Assembly (NCBI GenBank): GCA_001179505.1 | Contig: CDMY01000098.1 | Location: 127,295 to 191,294, forward strand | Source of the DNA: Vitrella brassicaformis CCMP3155 | Taxonomy: Eukaryota; Protista; Chromerida | Reading direction: 5' to 3' | DNA length: 64,000 nt | In this document: one piece after another, positions 10,507-24,700 of the stretch | Layout of the letters: every line of letters starts with the position of its first letter | Position numbering within the stretch: the stretch's first letter is position 1 | The notes under the pieces: model-generated | Databases searched by the model: none | Told to the model about the DNA's origin: nothing | What the model saw: the letters and a program-made list of their open reading frames with translations, nothing else | Translations under genes and position numbers: made by a program

Positions 10507-13500
10507 ATGCAGCCCCCACAGCCCCCAGTCACTCGAGTACGGACGATGCACCCTGTTCGTGCTCCAGCTGGGGAGGGCAGCCGCAGCAGCAGCGGTTCTC
10601 GGTCGGCGCCGCCCCTGCAGCAGCCGAGCCCCTCCCGCTCCCTTCTCCCCCTTGGCTCCAACGTCTCCTCCATCAGTTCAAGCCGCGAAGCCGCCCCTCT
10701 CCCTGCGTCCCGCTCAGACACCCGTGGCTCGCTCCGCCATGCGCCGTCGCATCGCGGCAGCATGGTGGAGATGTCGGTCGGCAGCGGTGGGCTCGAGCGG
10801 CTGCACTCGAGAGCCGGCACAAGTGGACAGTTGCTGTCGGCTGCGCTTGCGCCGACCTTGCGGAAGCCCAAGGGGCAGACAGTGACCTTTGATGGGCCGA
10901 GGGGGGATAGGAAGAAGAAGAACAGTCTCGGCCGGTAAGACATCGCACGTAGGCCGGCCTTTTTGCATGACTGGCCGCTCTGTGTATGTGTGTATGTGTG
11001 TATGTGTATGGGTGTGTGGGTGGGCGTGTGGCGTTCAGGAGCCAGACGACCAACTTTGGTGGCAGCGCCGGGAGCAGCGGTGGAGGCGGCCGCACCATCA
11101 CGCCTCCCGTCGCCATCTTTGACCCGGGCGACCACCCCGGCTTCTCGCGCCGGTCCACCTTCAACAGGACCGCCCCACCACTGGTCAGTCAGTCAGGGTG
11201 TCTCTGATGCCATGTGACCGGCCCCAAAATGCATTGATGCTCCCGTTGTCGGTCTTGTGTGTATATCTGTGTGTGTCGGTGCAGATGGTGCGTCACCGTT
11301 CGTCTCTGGGCATTGCGGCCAACCAGCAGCACCAGCAGCAACCATCAAGCCCCTCCGCCCCCCCACAGCTGCGCACCAGCACAGGCCGGCTGCAGCTGGA
11401 CCCTCAGCCATCCCCATCCCCATCCCCAGCCTCGCCCACCATCTCTCCCTCACCCCAAGACACCCTCTCGCCCACCGCAGCAACGGCATTCAGGCGAACG
11501 ATCGACACCCCATCAGGCGAAAGGCGCTTGGTCGTGCCGCCGCTGTCCCCCTCAGACGGCGGGATGTCTGTCGATGAGCTGCGTAAGGGGCCGGCGGCTG
11601 AGTTCTCCAGGACCATCAGCTTCTGGGACGCCATGCAGGGGTCGCATCACCTCTTGGACGAGGAGGCGGACGACGACCATGGAGAGGAAAGGGGTGGTCA
11701 GCAAGAAGAGGAAGAGGTCCAGCAGAAAGCTGGGGATGCCGAATGTGACGAAGCCGCCAACGAGCCAGCGGCGGACACTTCACATTCAGATGGCGAACAA
11801 GAGGTAATTCCGCACGTCATTCTTTGGGGTTTTCATATGGCCGGAAAGTAATCCTCTGTCATCGATACTCCCTCGCTTAGGTCCATGACGAGCCCCCGCC
11901 AGCACTGGAGGTCCCCGACGGCCGGTCCAAGTCTGTGTCTGTCACCATATGTCCCGATGGCATGATGGGGGGTGGCGATGGTGACGACGGGCGGGCGGAC
12001 CAGCCGAGCCCCACTTTCGGGGGCGGTGTTCGGCGGAATCTGTCTCGCATCCTGGCGCGTTCGTCGACGTTTGTGTCAGACGGCAGCAAGCCAAAGGAGG
12101 TGCAGAACGAGCTCATCCTTGCCGCTTCTATCGGTCGGTAAACCACACACACAAGGAGAGGGACAGCGAGAGAGCTTGACGGCTGGATGTGTGTGGATTG
12201 TCTGTCCATCGATCAGGCACTCAGCTGTTTGCTCAGAATCAGGAGCTGATGACACAGATCCAGAAGCGACAGACAGCATCGGCAGGCGCCACACCCCTGC
12301 AGTGAGCAAACCATGGCCATCCACAACCAGTTAGTTAACACAAGAGACAAACAGAGTGTGTATGCCATGTCAGCCGTGAGGAGTCCGGCTTCATGGTCGA
12401 GGGTGTTGTGGACACCTCCCCCAATGTGCACGACAGCCTCACCTCATCGCCCGCACTCTCCAACACACCCGCCTCGCGAAACAGATCCAGACGAGGATCA
12501 GTCATGTACTGGACGGACAGGCGGAGAAATGAATGCATCTCTTGCGTGGATCGTGCTGTGTTGTGTTGTCTTGTGTTGTGTGTGGCAGCTCTTCGCAGAT
12601 CCGCCGCGTGTCTCACAACCAAGCACTGGTACGGTGCGTGAGCGACCTGTGTGTGTGTGCTGTGGATGGATAGAGTCGTGTGTGCAGGCGATGGAGGAGC
12701 TTCACGACGAAGTAGACCGTCTCACCAAACAGTGAGCAAATGCACAAGGGGGACCTGCTGGCAGCAATGATGGCATCCACTTCACCCCTTCCTCCCCTGT
12801 GTGTGTCTGTGCCCACGCACAGGCTGCAGGTGACAGAGGCAGAGCTCTTCAAGCTGCGGCGCGGGACGCACGCCGACGTCAAACACTACCAAGACCAAAT
12901 CGAAGACAAAGAGCGCGTGAGTTAGCCAGTGGGTCGGTCGATGAGTGCATCCATCTGTGTGTCTGTGTGTGGAGTGCAGGAGATCAACGCGCTTCGCCAA
13001 GAGGTGACTGACCTGCGGTCGAAGGAACACCACCACAGACGGACCACCGAGAAGCTTCGCAAGTAAGTGAGCACGTTTAAGGTTGGGCGTGTCTATCATG
13101 CGTTCGACGTGTCTTTGTGCAGAGAGCTCAACGAGCTGTCGACTTCTGGCAAGGTGAGTGAATGGGCAAAGAGTAGGGGAGAATGGTGGACTGGACGATG
13201 TTTCACTCTCTCTGTGTGTGTGCATGCTATGCCTTGGTGTCTGTCTGCAGCACTTGTCGAATGAGCCAGAGATCACTGACGAGTGGTACAGCACATGCAC
13301 GTGCTGACCTAGCATGGACGGGGGGATGGGTGTGCGGATATGGACTGCAGGGCCAAGGAGCGTGCCGAGGAGATCGCCAAACTTAAGAAGGGATTCAGAG
13401 AACGAGAAACAACACTTCTCGGTGGGTCAGTGAGTTAGTGAGCATCCTTATCATTGACTGATTGACTGATGTCTGTCTCCACCGGAAATGGTTGGATGGC

Positions 13501-14041
13501 ATGGATATATGCAGAGGCTCTCGACGCATCGAACAAGAAGGGCGAGGCACTGGAGGAGGAAACCAACAAACTGCAGGCCGAAATTGCCACCGTAGGCACA
13601 ACACCAACACCAACAGCACAGCACACCACAGCACACCACCGTCACAGACACACACCATGCTGTCAACGCCATTGTGCAGCTCAAGAGCATGATGTCGGAC
13701 TATGACGCCACATCAGCCAAGGTAAGAAACAAGAAGACACACGCAAACACATGTTCTCTACTCCCTCCATATATTCTCTGCCTGCTTGTGCTTGCTTGTG
13801 TCAGTTACGCGAGGAGTTGGATGAGCTTCAGTCGACGATAGAGGGCGGCAACATGCGGGCGGCCGCCGCAAGACGCGGACGCAGAATGACTCTGCAAGAC
13901 GAGCTCAGAGAGGTCAGTCGGCCTACACAGACCTTACAATCTCAGCATTCCTTTCTCTGCACACGTGGCAGGCTGTGTTTGATATCGGGGCACAGCAGAA
14001 GGATGACGGCAAAAGCGGCGGTAGGGAAAGACTGACAGCCT

Positions 14042-14075
<34 letters not shown>

Positions 14076-16950
14076 TGGCCAACTTGACGCCTGAGAAGTG
14101 CATCTGTCGACGATGACATTCACCCACTGTCAGGTGTCGGACCAGCCGCAGCTTCGCGAACACTCCCTCCGCGGCTCCCCCTACCCCAGCTCCTCTCAGA
14201 AACGGTGTGTGTCTTTCGTGTGTAGCCATCCACACACGACCAGACAGACATCCGTGTGTGTGGGTGTCTGTCTGTCAGATCCCCGAGGACGATGTGGCCG
14301 AGTTCAACTCGCAGACCTCGGGCAGCTCGTCGCAGATGAGCAGCTCGTTCGAGGAGTCGCAGGTGTCCAGCCCGCTCGCTGCCTCGGGCAAAGACGTCGC
14401 CCCACCCCCACCCCCACCACCTCCACCCGACACTGAGGTCGGGTCAAAGATACACGGACTCAAGGCCCTCGCCGATCGATTGAGGAAGCCTGTAAGACAG
14501 AGAGAAAGACAGAGAGAGAGAGGATAGATCAACGGGCGACTTTCGTGATTGCAGAAGGTGTGGGACATCTTGCCAGACAAGAAGGCTGCTGGTGTGCAGT
14601 CGGAGGGCGACTTCCGCCGGCAGGAGTCCCTCGACGAGGCCCAAAGCAGGTGGAGGAAGGAGGCAGAAGGCCTCAACGCACAAATGCACATCCTTGAGGA
14701 CAAGGTGGGTGCGATCGAAGGCAAACATGTGATCGGCTCCGGCGCAAATGTGATTGATCCATCGCTGTCCTAAATGCAGCTTCGCGATTGTGGTGTGGGC
14801 AACGAGGAGGCTCTGAAGGCTCTCGAGAAAGATGTCACCAAGCTGGAGGAGCTCGTCCATCAGAAAGAACAACAATTAGTGCGCTCTCCCCTACCGTCAA
14901 CAAACAGCACACTGCACGGACGGCAAGTCCGAAGACTCTGTACTTTCGTGTGTGTGGTGACGCAGACGGAGGCTGAGAGCACCCTCGAGGCCACAGCTGC
15001 GAGACTGGCTGAGCTGCAGGCTGCATTCGAGAATACTCAGCAAGACCTTGCGAAGGAGATACAGGCCAGGGTACACAGGAAACCGCCCTCTCGAGGGCAG
15101 CAGAAGGAGATTCATGTCTCTCACCCTCCTCTTTTCAGGCCGACGAGGGGGCCCGCCGGCAGGGCACAGAGGAGCTGAACGAGCGGCTGAAATCCGAGCT
15201 GAGAGACCTCCACGCCGCCCAGATACAAGCAGAGGCCGACAAGCGGGAACTGATGGCCAAGCTCGATGCTGCAAAGGCCGATATCGAGAGGGAGAAGGAG
15301 AAACCGAAAGAAAGAGAGAAAGAGTACGTCGAGGTGCCGGTGCATGTGCCCGTGCCCCTTGCTGCGAGGGTCAAGAAGCACAGAGATGATCGAGACGATC
15401 AGGAGAAGGAGAAGGAAAAGGAGAGGGAGCCGTGTCCCGACTACGACGCAGTCAAAAAGGAACTGGCGGGCATCAAAGAGGCGGGTAGCGAGCTGACGGA
15501 GAAACTCAAATCCATCAAGGAAAAGGTAGGCCTCGATCAGTGCCATCATCCCATCAGCATAGTCATACTGTACTGTCATTCTTGTGGCAGCGTGAGCAGC
15601 AGAGTAGTCAGGAGGGGGCATCGGCAGCAGACCTCGCACGTGGACTCACAAACATCGCCCGCAAGATACAGGTGCCTCCCTCTGGCAAGCAGGGGGAAGA
15701 CACGGAGACCGTCTGCATGAGTGTCCCTGCTGTGTTCTCCTGCAGTCGGAGTGTCGCGAGCTGCGTCAAGAGGTCGAAGAGGCAAAGAAAAGCGTAAGGT
15801 TAAAAGAACAGCAGAGGCTCATCATGTCTCCTCGTTTGTCGTCCACATGCAGCACAAGGAGGAGTCTGCCTTCCGCAGCAGCCTACCCATCGCAGCAGGA
15901 CCAGACGAGGCAGACACTATCAACCAAAGGGTCCTCATCCGGCCCCCCCTGACCTCCAACATCCGCATTGGCCCGCGCTCCGTCAAGCCCCTCACACTCC
16001 ACCCGCCCCCACTCGTGAAGGCAGTGCGGCAGACCTCGTCGCCCCCATTCTCCCCTCCCATGCGCCCCTGCCTCATTCCCCACCCGCTGCTGTCTCCCCG
16101 CCCATCGCCTCCACCACTGATCGTCAGGTCGCCGCTTGGCAGATTCGGTCCATTGTTGCCTCCGCCCGGTCTGGGGCTGCGGCGGTGCTTCAGTGACCGA
16201 CGGCTGGACTCCTATCGGCTGCTGTCCCCATCGCCATTGCCATCGCCGTCGCCATTGCCATCGCCATTGCCGCCCCGCTTTATGCCATCTCCCCTCCAGC
16301 AGAGAGCCATGAGTGGATCGCGGTCGACTCCCCATCTCGCTGCCGCTGTGCCTCGCGCCAAGCCGCCCCTGCCGAAGCGAGAGGCTGACATGATCGCTGA
16401 GGAGAGACGTCGGTGTCAGAGTGTGGGGGCGTCATGGTGCTGTGACGGCAACGACAAGGGCAAGGGCAGGAGAAAGAAGGCAATGTCTCCCTCTCCCTCT
16501 GCTGCCAAGCTTCCGCCGCTGCACGTGGAGGCGCGCTCTGACGTGTCGAGCTTGCCTACTCCACCGGGGTCGTCTCGGTCGCCCCACCGCCGGTCATCGC
16601 CCTGCTCTGTCTCTGCGCGGCCACGTCTCAGACTATTCGGCAACCATGGAGCGACGCTGCGGTCGAGGGCGTCCATTTCCCCCGCTGCTGCTGTGATGCC
16701 AAGAAGAACACCTGCACCACAGATGCCGCCCATCATGCGCTCGCCATCATCAGACCAGCGGCTCCCAGGCGATCATCGCATTGCTCATCATCATCCCATA
16801 ATGTCAGAGAGGATCAGCCGCTGCGTCACTCAGCCAGCAGGTACGCAGACAACGCCAACTGTGGGTTCATCTGTTCTGGGTCCCATGTGTCCACAGGTAA
16901 TGTCAGTCGTCCCCCTTGGCTGTTCCTTCCCCCAAACCGACGTGACGTAA
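10507..16950 (+). CDS. Large low-complexity/coiled-coil hypothetical protein
   Basis: Many GT-AG exons encode Ser/Pro-rich N- and C-termini around long Glu/Lys/Gln heptad stretches (e.g. ALEEETNKLQAEIAT, ALKALEKDVTKLEELVHQKEQQL). No catalytic domain was recognised, and the exact exon set and 3' end are uncertain. Confidence 0.65.
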
Positions 16951-18269
16951 TCGTGCCAGTGAGGCCGCCCTTCGGCGGCACATACTGTCTCCCCCCAAAC
17001 CAGCCAGCCCCGGACCAATTCGGCAAAACAGTGAGTGGAGTGAAGTAGCACTGTACATAAAGTTTGTTGGACGGACTTATACAGTAGAATAGCGGCCATT
17101 TTGTAGACAGCCAGACAGACAGCCAGACAGACACACAGAGGCGTAGGCAACGTAGATCGACATTAGATAGAGACGCTTCCTGGTAGCGACACACGACTGA
17201 CTGTGCTCTGCGTGGATGTCTCCCTGAACACTGAACAAAGAGACGCATGGCACTCTGCATTGAATCAGTCAGATGTCAAAAGCCGACCTTTAGCATGTCA
17301 TTCCAACTACAAATGGCCGCCTAGACGTGTCTCCGGCTGCAGCGTCGGAGCGAGGGAGAATGGGCTGTTGGCGAGTGCTGTCCACAGGCCGATGTATCGC
17401 GGGACATCCGCAAAGAGATGCAGCCTGACACACACACATACGCACGCACACACGCACGTGTCGTAAGGCGATGGGCGATGCGATATGGGCTTCTGTGGAC
17501 TTGAGAGGGATGGATGGGGGGGAAGGCATCTTGATGAACTGTCATTGCCTTGTCCTCTTGTCGACAATCATTTACGAACGGTTCACGCATGTCTCTCCCG
17601 ACATCTCCCGACAGACAAGGACATATATACTTTTAAGAGCAAATGTCCATCCGCCCAGCACTTCGTCACGCACATGTTGCCGGTTGGCCATCATAAAACG
17701 GACGGCGCTTTCTCAGCCACAGACAGACCCACAAGCATTCGATCGCGCCTGGCACACCGATGGGCACACACACACAGACCGACCGACCGACCGACCGACC
17801 GACAGACAGACAGACAATGCACACACTATGCGCGGATGCATACGCCCCCCCTACACACATAAAAGACCGACACACTTGGATTCACACGCACTTGTGCGTC
17901 AGTCACGTCACGCACTCACAACTTTCACACGACAGACAGACAGGCGGATGTTTGTCGACACAAAGAGCCTTCTCCCCTGCCCCTACTGCTCCCCCCCCAC
18001 ACATACACTCACATACAGACACATACACACCAGCATACAGCACCTCCTGTCTCAGGATTTGTTGGGCGAGGCGAAATTGGCCTCGGAAAAATCACCACAC
18101 CGGCGACAGCAATCAAACAGGCAGACCCCTACACGCACGTAACCACCACTGCCTCAATAAAGACCATGCCACATCATCGCACCCATAAGCAAATGGACAG
18201 ACAGACAGACAGACAGAGCGAGAGGGAAGAGCGAGAGGGCAGGAGCCAAGTCAGTCTGTCAATGGGCTA

Positions 18270-19378
18270 TCAGTTCGCTGTCAGCGTCATGCCGAAAGCG
18301 GGCTCATAGTGGGTGGGCAGGGGGACCTCTTGGATGAAGCGTCCATCGGCGGGCGAGTAGAGGCATTTGGCGCGGCTGTAGCTGATGATGGCGAAGCTCA
18401 GCTGGAACTTGGTCTTCCCCAGGCTGTCAAATAGCGTGTGCCATTCCCCCTGAAAAGCCCATCACACACAGAGGCAGTGTATCCAGCATGAAATGCATAT
18501 GCATATGCGCAGACGCACCGGATTGTTGACGAGCCATTCCAGGAGGCGGTCTGTGATCTGTTTGAGGATCTCGTTACCGTACTTCATCATGCCTTTGTAG
18601 ATGGTCATGACTTGGTTGTAGAGCTCGTTCTTCACATACGCCAAGGTGAAAGTGCTACCGCCTCCCATGAAGTCCGCCGCAACCACAGTGGCCACCATAT
18701 TGTAGTCACCATCATGTATCATGTTGCCTACACACACACACAGCGAACACATGCACAGACGCACACACGCACTCACATACACACACACACGGAGCGATGG
18801 CCTATATCTGTGCAATGCGTCCATCGTTTTTTCGCTCACTCACCCCAGAAGACTGCGCCACACGGGAGTTCGAAAGGGTTGTCTGCCGCCCCCGTAACGC
18901 ACTTCGTCCCCTTTGTGACCTGGTACTCCACGTCTGCCCGTTTCGCCCCCACGTCGACGCCGCAGTGCTCACAGTAGTCGCCCGCCGCGCGGCAGGCCGC
19001 CTCGAACTGAGCAATGCCTGTGACGCCATTCGTCGAGAGCTCCACGGCGGCGTCCAGGGCCTCCCGAGGGTTCGAGGGAATGCTTGACGTTGCGTCCTCC
19101 ACTTGTTCCCTTGCATTCCCCACTTGTCGCCCCGCATTCTCCACTTGTCGCCCCACATTCCCCGTTTCTCGCTCCACATCGTCCAACGTGGGGAGTCCGA
19201 GGTCAAACCGCAGTTGGCGGCGGTCCTCGCCCTCTGACGAAACCTGATGGATGAACACGCAGCAAAGGCATGCATAGAGATGGATGCCCATGCAGGCACG
19301 GCACAATCAATTGCTTACCGACGGCACAGCGCAGGCCACGAGACCAAGGGTCAACATGATCAGCTTAGACATGATCAT
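18270..19378 (-). CDS. Secreted hypothetical protein with heptad repeats and a Cys-containing domain
   Basis: Signal peptide MIMSKLIMLTLGLVACAVPS; GNVGRQV/ENAGRQV/GNAREQV repeats; CRAAGDYCEHC...C...C; four exons; ends ...PAFGMTLTAN*. Confidence 0.7.
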
Positions 19379-19638
19379 GATGGATGGCCGGTGTGTGTAC
19401 TACCGATAGTACCGAAACCGGGTGTACACACAAAGATGCAAAAGATGGATGCAGGGCGGGAGGAGGAACTTCAAGGCCTTGATGGAGACGGGGAAGGCGA
19501 AAGTAGGCGGTGTCATGACGGCTGCCTCTCTCTCTCGAGGATCATTTTGCAGCTCGCAAAGGAGGTGCGGGGAAGACACACGTGTGGACAAGAGCTGCGA
19601 TCTGACGAGCAAGATGCCAAGAAGTGGATTTCCATTTT

Positions 19639-19673
19639 GGCGAGAATTTGAGACGGCGAGAATTTGAGACGGC
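19639..19673. repeat. 16-bp tandem repeat in a divergent promoter
   Basis: ggcgagaatttgagac occurs twice (19639-19670), followed by ggc. Confidence 0.9.
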
Positions 19674-19778
19674 ACGGCAACTGCGCTTCTTTTCGCTTTT
19701 CCTCCGCTTGTGCAGGACCAGGCTGACAACTCGGCGGTCGCAAAACAGGCGGTTTAAGAGTAAAGGTCGCCCTTCGCC

Positions 19779-21377
19779 ATGCAGAGGTCCAGGGGCAAAG
19801 GGCACAAGAGTCGGCCGCCTCGGGCCGAGAGGTCTAATACCGAATGCAATCACAGCAGCGTAATCCCAGCATTCTCTGACGTCCTCCCATATGGCGGTGA
19901 GGCACCAGACAAGGCACCAGATGTCAATCTCACTGTCGAAGCAACAGATTTTGACAACAGGGTGGGCAGAAACGAAGAAATAGATGGATGGATGGATGGA
20001 TTTGTGGATGGTGCGTCCCTGTGTGATGATATCTCCCTCAGAGCTATCAGATGCAGGTGCAAGGGACACTCACTCACTTTGCCACGCATGATGCAAACAA
20101 GGTTGGTCGGTCGCTGTCTTGCCCTGGTCTGACAGAGTCGAGGCCCTTTGCACACTTATAGGCGACGCACAGACAGAGGAGCACGCCGATAGTGTCACAC
20201 ACATATATGTGTGTGGTCCTAAGCAGGTTGAGCGCTGCTGTTCCTCGGCGGCCGGCACCTGCAGAGGGCCATGGAGCTGTCCCAACAGACATGGGCGCCG
20301 AGCGTGTGTATGAGAATGGACTTGAGGGTGAGGGTGAGGGCATGTCCGGTGACGAGGAGGGCTATCGCACCCACCAGCAGCATCTGGTTCAATCACGCAC
20401 GCAACACGACACGCGATCGATATGTGGGCAATTGTGTGTGTGTGTGTGTGTGTGTGTGTAGAATGTGGGTGACGCCACTGACATGCAGGAGGGCACGCCA
20501 CGCCTCGTCCAGCCACGGCAGGAGCAGTACATCAAGAAGGAGAACGGCGCAGCTGTCAAGCACACCGAGGCGCACGTACAGCAAGTACTGCAGCACAACC
20601 GCCATCGATGGACGACTTTGACCCAGCGACAAACGATGCAAATTGCCTTGCGGTGGACATGTACATTCGTCAAAGGGAGCTTGAAATGGCGCCGAAGGCA
20701 CTCCTCGTCCTGCTGTCGTCCATGCGCGTGGGTCCCCCCCCCCCCCCCCCCCCCCCCCCCNNNNNNNNNNNNNNNNNNNNNNNNNNNNNNNNNNNNNNNN
20801 NNNNNNNNNNNNNNNNNNNNNNNNNNNNNNNNNNNNNNNNNNNNNNNNNNNNNNNNNNNNNNNNNNNNNNNNNNNNNNNNNNNNNNNNNNNNNNNNNNNN
20901 NNNNNNNNNNNNNNNNNNNNNNNNNNNNNNNNNNNNNNNNNNNNNNNNNNNNNNNNNNNNNNNNNNNNNNNNNNNNNNNNNNNNNNNNNNNNNNNNNNNN
21001 NNNNNNNNNNNNNNNNNNNNNNNNNNNNNNNNNNNNNNNNNNNNNNNNNNNNNNNNNNNNGGCCCCCCCCCCCCCCCGGCCGCATCGTGCGGCTCCCCCG
21101 ACAACTCTGGAATATGACGATACGCATACTGCCTTGGAGGGCGCGCCTCTGCGATCTTCGCAGGTTCTTGGGATTATGGTGGGAGTGGGCGTGCACCCAG
21201 GACTACATCGGGCAAGACATACGAGTTCTGGAGGTTGCGACGTGCAGCGTGATCGGCGTCCCCAGGTGCGCAAAAGGGGCATCCCAACGTCCCCACCAAA
21301 GCGTGTGTGTGGTCTCTGTCTGTCTGCCCTTCAGTGAGGACGAGATGGATGAACCCCTGCTGTCGGCAGAACAGTAG
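19779..21377 (+). CDS. Hypothetical protein interrupted by an assembly gap
   Basis: Coding-like exons (MQRSRGKGHK..., ...YIKKENGAAVK..., ILPWRARLCDLRRFLGLWWEWAC...) with an in-frame terminal exon SEDEMDEPLLSAEQ*. The internal frame around 20600 is unresolved. Confidence 0.4.
20761..21060. other. Assembly gap (300 N)
   Basis: Run of N with poly-C on both sides. Confidence 0.99.
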
Positions 21378-21550
21378 ATTCTACTCACAAGCTCCAATTT
21401 CCAGATGCTTCTTTCCTCTGCTTTTTCTTCTCTTCTTCGCAGCCACAGCGACTTTGTTCTGCTTCTTGGCTGTTCTTCCTTGTCGAGTGTGACGCCCACG
21501 GCCCCGTCAGCCGCAGCAAAAGCCGCAGGCCGGCAGCCACCGACGGGACG

Positions 21551-21696
21551 ATGAAGGAGCTCACGAGCTTCATAGGCAAGTGAGTAGCCGCACAGACAAG
21601 TTGAGTGAGACAGGCGTTGGACGCGCACATTTGATCCTCACACACACACACACACACACATTCAAATTGCCGCATTGGTCGGTCTCATCGCTGTCC

Positions 21697-21729
<33 letters not shown>

Positions 21730-24700
21730 TGTGCATGTGTGTGTGTAGCATGTGCGTCCCCCATATCGCGAGTTGGCGCCCGACTGCTCCTCCCTGGGAG
21801 CACCCCAAGAACCTTAGGCACACACACACACACACACAGACAGAGAGAGAGAGAGAGAGAGAATGAATGTGTCTGTGTCATGTTTGTTCAGGAATGCCCT
21901 TGCCGAGTTGCTGCTCAACGGCCGCCTGTGGAAGGGTCAGTGACATCAGTCAGCACATTGCCAACCATTCAGTGTGTCGTGTACGACATCGGCAGGAAGA
22001 TGCCATCTCCTGTGCAGTGATGCATTGTGTCTGCTGCTCATGTTCTTCTGCACACAGAGAAAGCATTGTGGAGGCCGGTACGCATGACGACGCCACACAA
22101 TGACGGTCTGCGCACATGCTTGATGTATTCGTTCGTGTCTTGTCTTCGATTTAGAGCTGACTGCTGCGTCGTTGGACGAGCGCCGTGCTGTGCTGTCCGC
22201 GGGCACACGCACATCCCGCGAACTGCGAATCACCACACAACGAACATGCGGAGAGCAGACTTTTCTTTTTCTGTCGGTCACACATTGCTTTTTGCCGCAC
22301 CTCTTCTTAAGATGTGTTGCAGATCGCTGCTTACATGTTTTATTCCGGAGACATTCTGTTGCGTCAGCTGCTTTCCTGCTTTCCACCCTCAGCCTTTGTG
22401 AGGTAAACTGAAATAAATATACTTGTACCAATCAGGTGTCTCTATGTCGTCTCTGTTCCTCTCTTTCACTCTCTCTCTCTCTCTCTCACTTTCTCTCTCT
22501 CACTCACTCACTCACTCACCTTCTCTCTCTGTGTGTGCAGTCGACTCGGAGGAGTCAGGGGCCTGAGCCTGATGGCCCCGCTGACGTGGGTGTGCTGGTG
22601 GAGGCGATGCTGGAAAAGTTCAGACTAAAGAGGAGCATCTGGTGGTCCCACAGAAAAATGGTCAAGGGGGATTTTCAGGATGTGCAGGTTTGTGTTGATG
22701 ACCCACATCGACATATTGCCGGCCGACTTGCCGCTGTCGCTGCTGGCGAAGCTGACCACCGACAAACGGCACCGACAAACGGTCCAAGATGGCCATCATA
22801 GGTAGAACGACTGACTTAGTGAAAAGACTGCTGCCGACCCGCCAACGCAACACATTCATTTCCTTTGCTTCCTTTGCAGGGTTGGAAACCACACACAACG
22901 ACAGCAAGGGAGCCGGCCCCTCGCACATCGCAAAAGACTCAGCCAGTACGTGCCTTCCCCAACGAGAGCAATGCGCCTTACGTCACCCTCCTGCCCTTTT
23001 CCATGTGTGTCTGTCTCTCCATCTGCAGAGTCAACTGACGCACGAACACGTGGTACATAGTGGGTCTGTTAACTGTGTGTGTCTGAAGCATGCATGCATC
23101 GTGCTCGGCGAATTAATGCATTGGCTGCACACACGGACGTGATGTGACGTGTCATGTGAATGTCTGTAGGTGGGTGGTACGCATTCGTTAACTGTCGTTC
23201 GTGGGCCATGAACGACGCAGTGGAGGAGGAAGAGCCTCAGCCGCAGCCGCAGGGACAGCCGCAGGGACATGATGGGGCTGGCGGGGGAGGACAGCAGCAG
23301 CAGCAGCAGCCGGGTGGTGTGGTGCAGAAGACTCATGGCCAGTATATGGAGTTGCACGAGTATATGGAGACGATGCTCGTGTTCTTCTACCAACACAAAG
23401 GTACTTACTTACGTCCGCAAGCACACACGCACGTTCGTGCAGGGCCCTGCATGCCCGCATATATCCGCTGCCTGTCTGCATGTGCATTCATTCCATGCAT
23501 CTCTCTCTCTGTATGGTATGTGTCTGTCTGTAGATGCCAACTGGCAGTACATTTTCCGCGACGTGGTCAAAAGGTCTGCCAGGGCTCCGCGCACCCCAAG
23601 CAGCGGCCCGTGGAGAAGCAGTACTCCCTCTGGCTGCTGCCCGGACAATTCAGAGTGACCATCCCGCTGGACAACGATCGCATCAGCCGGCTCAACGCCC
23701 ACCGGTGGGCCAAGATGGCCGTGGTCTGCGAGAAGATACGGCTCATCGCGATCCGGTGGGACAAGTGGCTCCTCCTGAAGGCGCTCTCCAGCAGCGACAA
23801 AATCATCACCGTCACCCACAAACACGTGGTAATGTACATACGCATACACACACATACGGTCAACTGATCGGGGTCAGTCAGTCAGATGTGTGTACCTGTC
23901 TGTCTGTCTGCCTGTCTCTCTGTCTCCCGATGTGCAGAGTCGTCACCTCCGTACGCCGCCTTGCGGCTGAACGAGGCCAAGGACGGCATCGTTCCTTGGG
24001 AGGCTGCCACCACCAGCAAACGAGGCGGCCCCAGCAGAGGCCGTGGCAGAAAGGGTGACGGTGACGAGGACATCTGCTCGAAGGCCAAGGCCATCAAACG
24101 ATCGGGGCGGCGCGGGGAGATCATGAACGAGACGGAGGCGGCACACGAGCTGACGGCGGGAGGTCAAGGGCGCCACACGGCCGGAGATGTCGATGGGCTG
24201 GGGTGGGGTGGGGTGGGGCGAATGGGATGGTCAGTGGATGTTGTTGAGAAGCAAGAGCAGGGGACCGCACCCTACTCTGTCTGAGTCTCTGCTTTGCGGC
24301 TGCAGGTTTGTCCGCCAAGGCGGTGGCGACCTGATGGTGGTCCGCAGCACGGCCCCCGACCTTCCTCAAGTCAAGGAACTCCTCAACCACACCATCTACA
24401 CACACGAGGCGTCTCCCCACGTGGTGCACATCGCCCCAGAGGCCCACGCCACCCACGACACACTGAGCGTCCTCCGGACCATCGCCGTCGCCATTTGGCC
24501 CCGCCACGGGCGGCAGGGCCTTGGGCAAGGAGGCTGTGCTCAAGGAGGTCGACGACATGTTTGAGAGGCTCCAGGTGCCAGAGGGCGGGCCTATCGACGA
24601 GCGGGTCCTCGTGGACGCCCTCCTGGACAAGATGAAGCGCAGACGGGCCATACGGTACATGCGCAATGCACCCGATCGACCACACAAAGCAAAGGACCAG

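Noticed and set aside
15300-15365. EYVEVPVHVPVP resembles alveolin/epiplasmin VPV repeats
   Set aside because: It is a single copy, whereas alveolins have arrays of such repeats.
17092-17322. A complete MITE/transposon call for the inverted motif pair
   Set aside because: There is no target-site duplication and no second full copy in the window. It is kept only as a motif finding.
17300-18200. Possible small spliced gene on the minus strand (ESAVRFMMANRQHVRDEVLGGW..., RLHLFADVPRY...)
   Set aside because: I could not assemble an in-phase model with a start codon, so it is unsupported without RNA data.
19090-19170. Short direct repeats (16-21 bp) that could be a CRISPR-like array
   Set aside because: There are no unique spacers, the repeats are in-frame coding repeats, and the context is eukaryotic.
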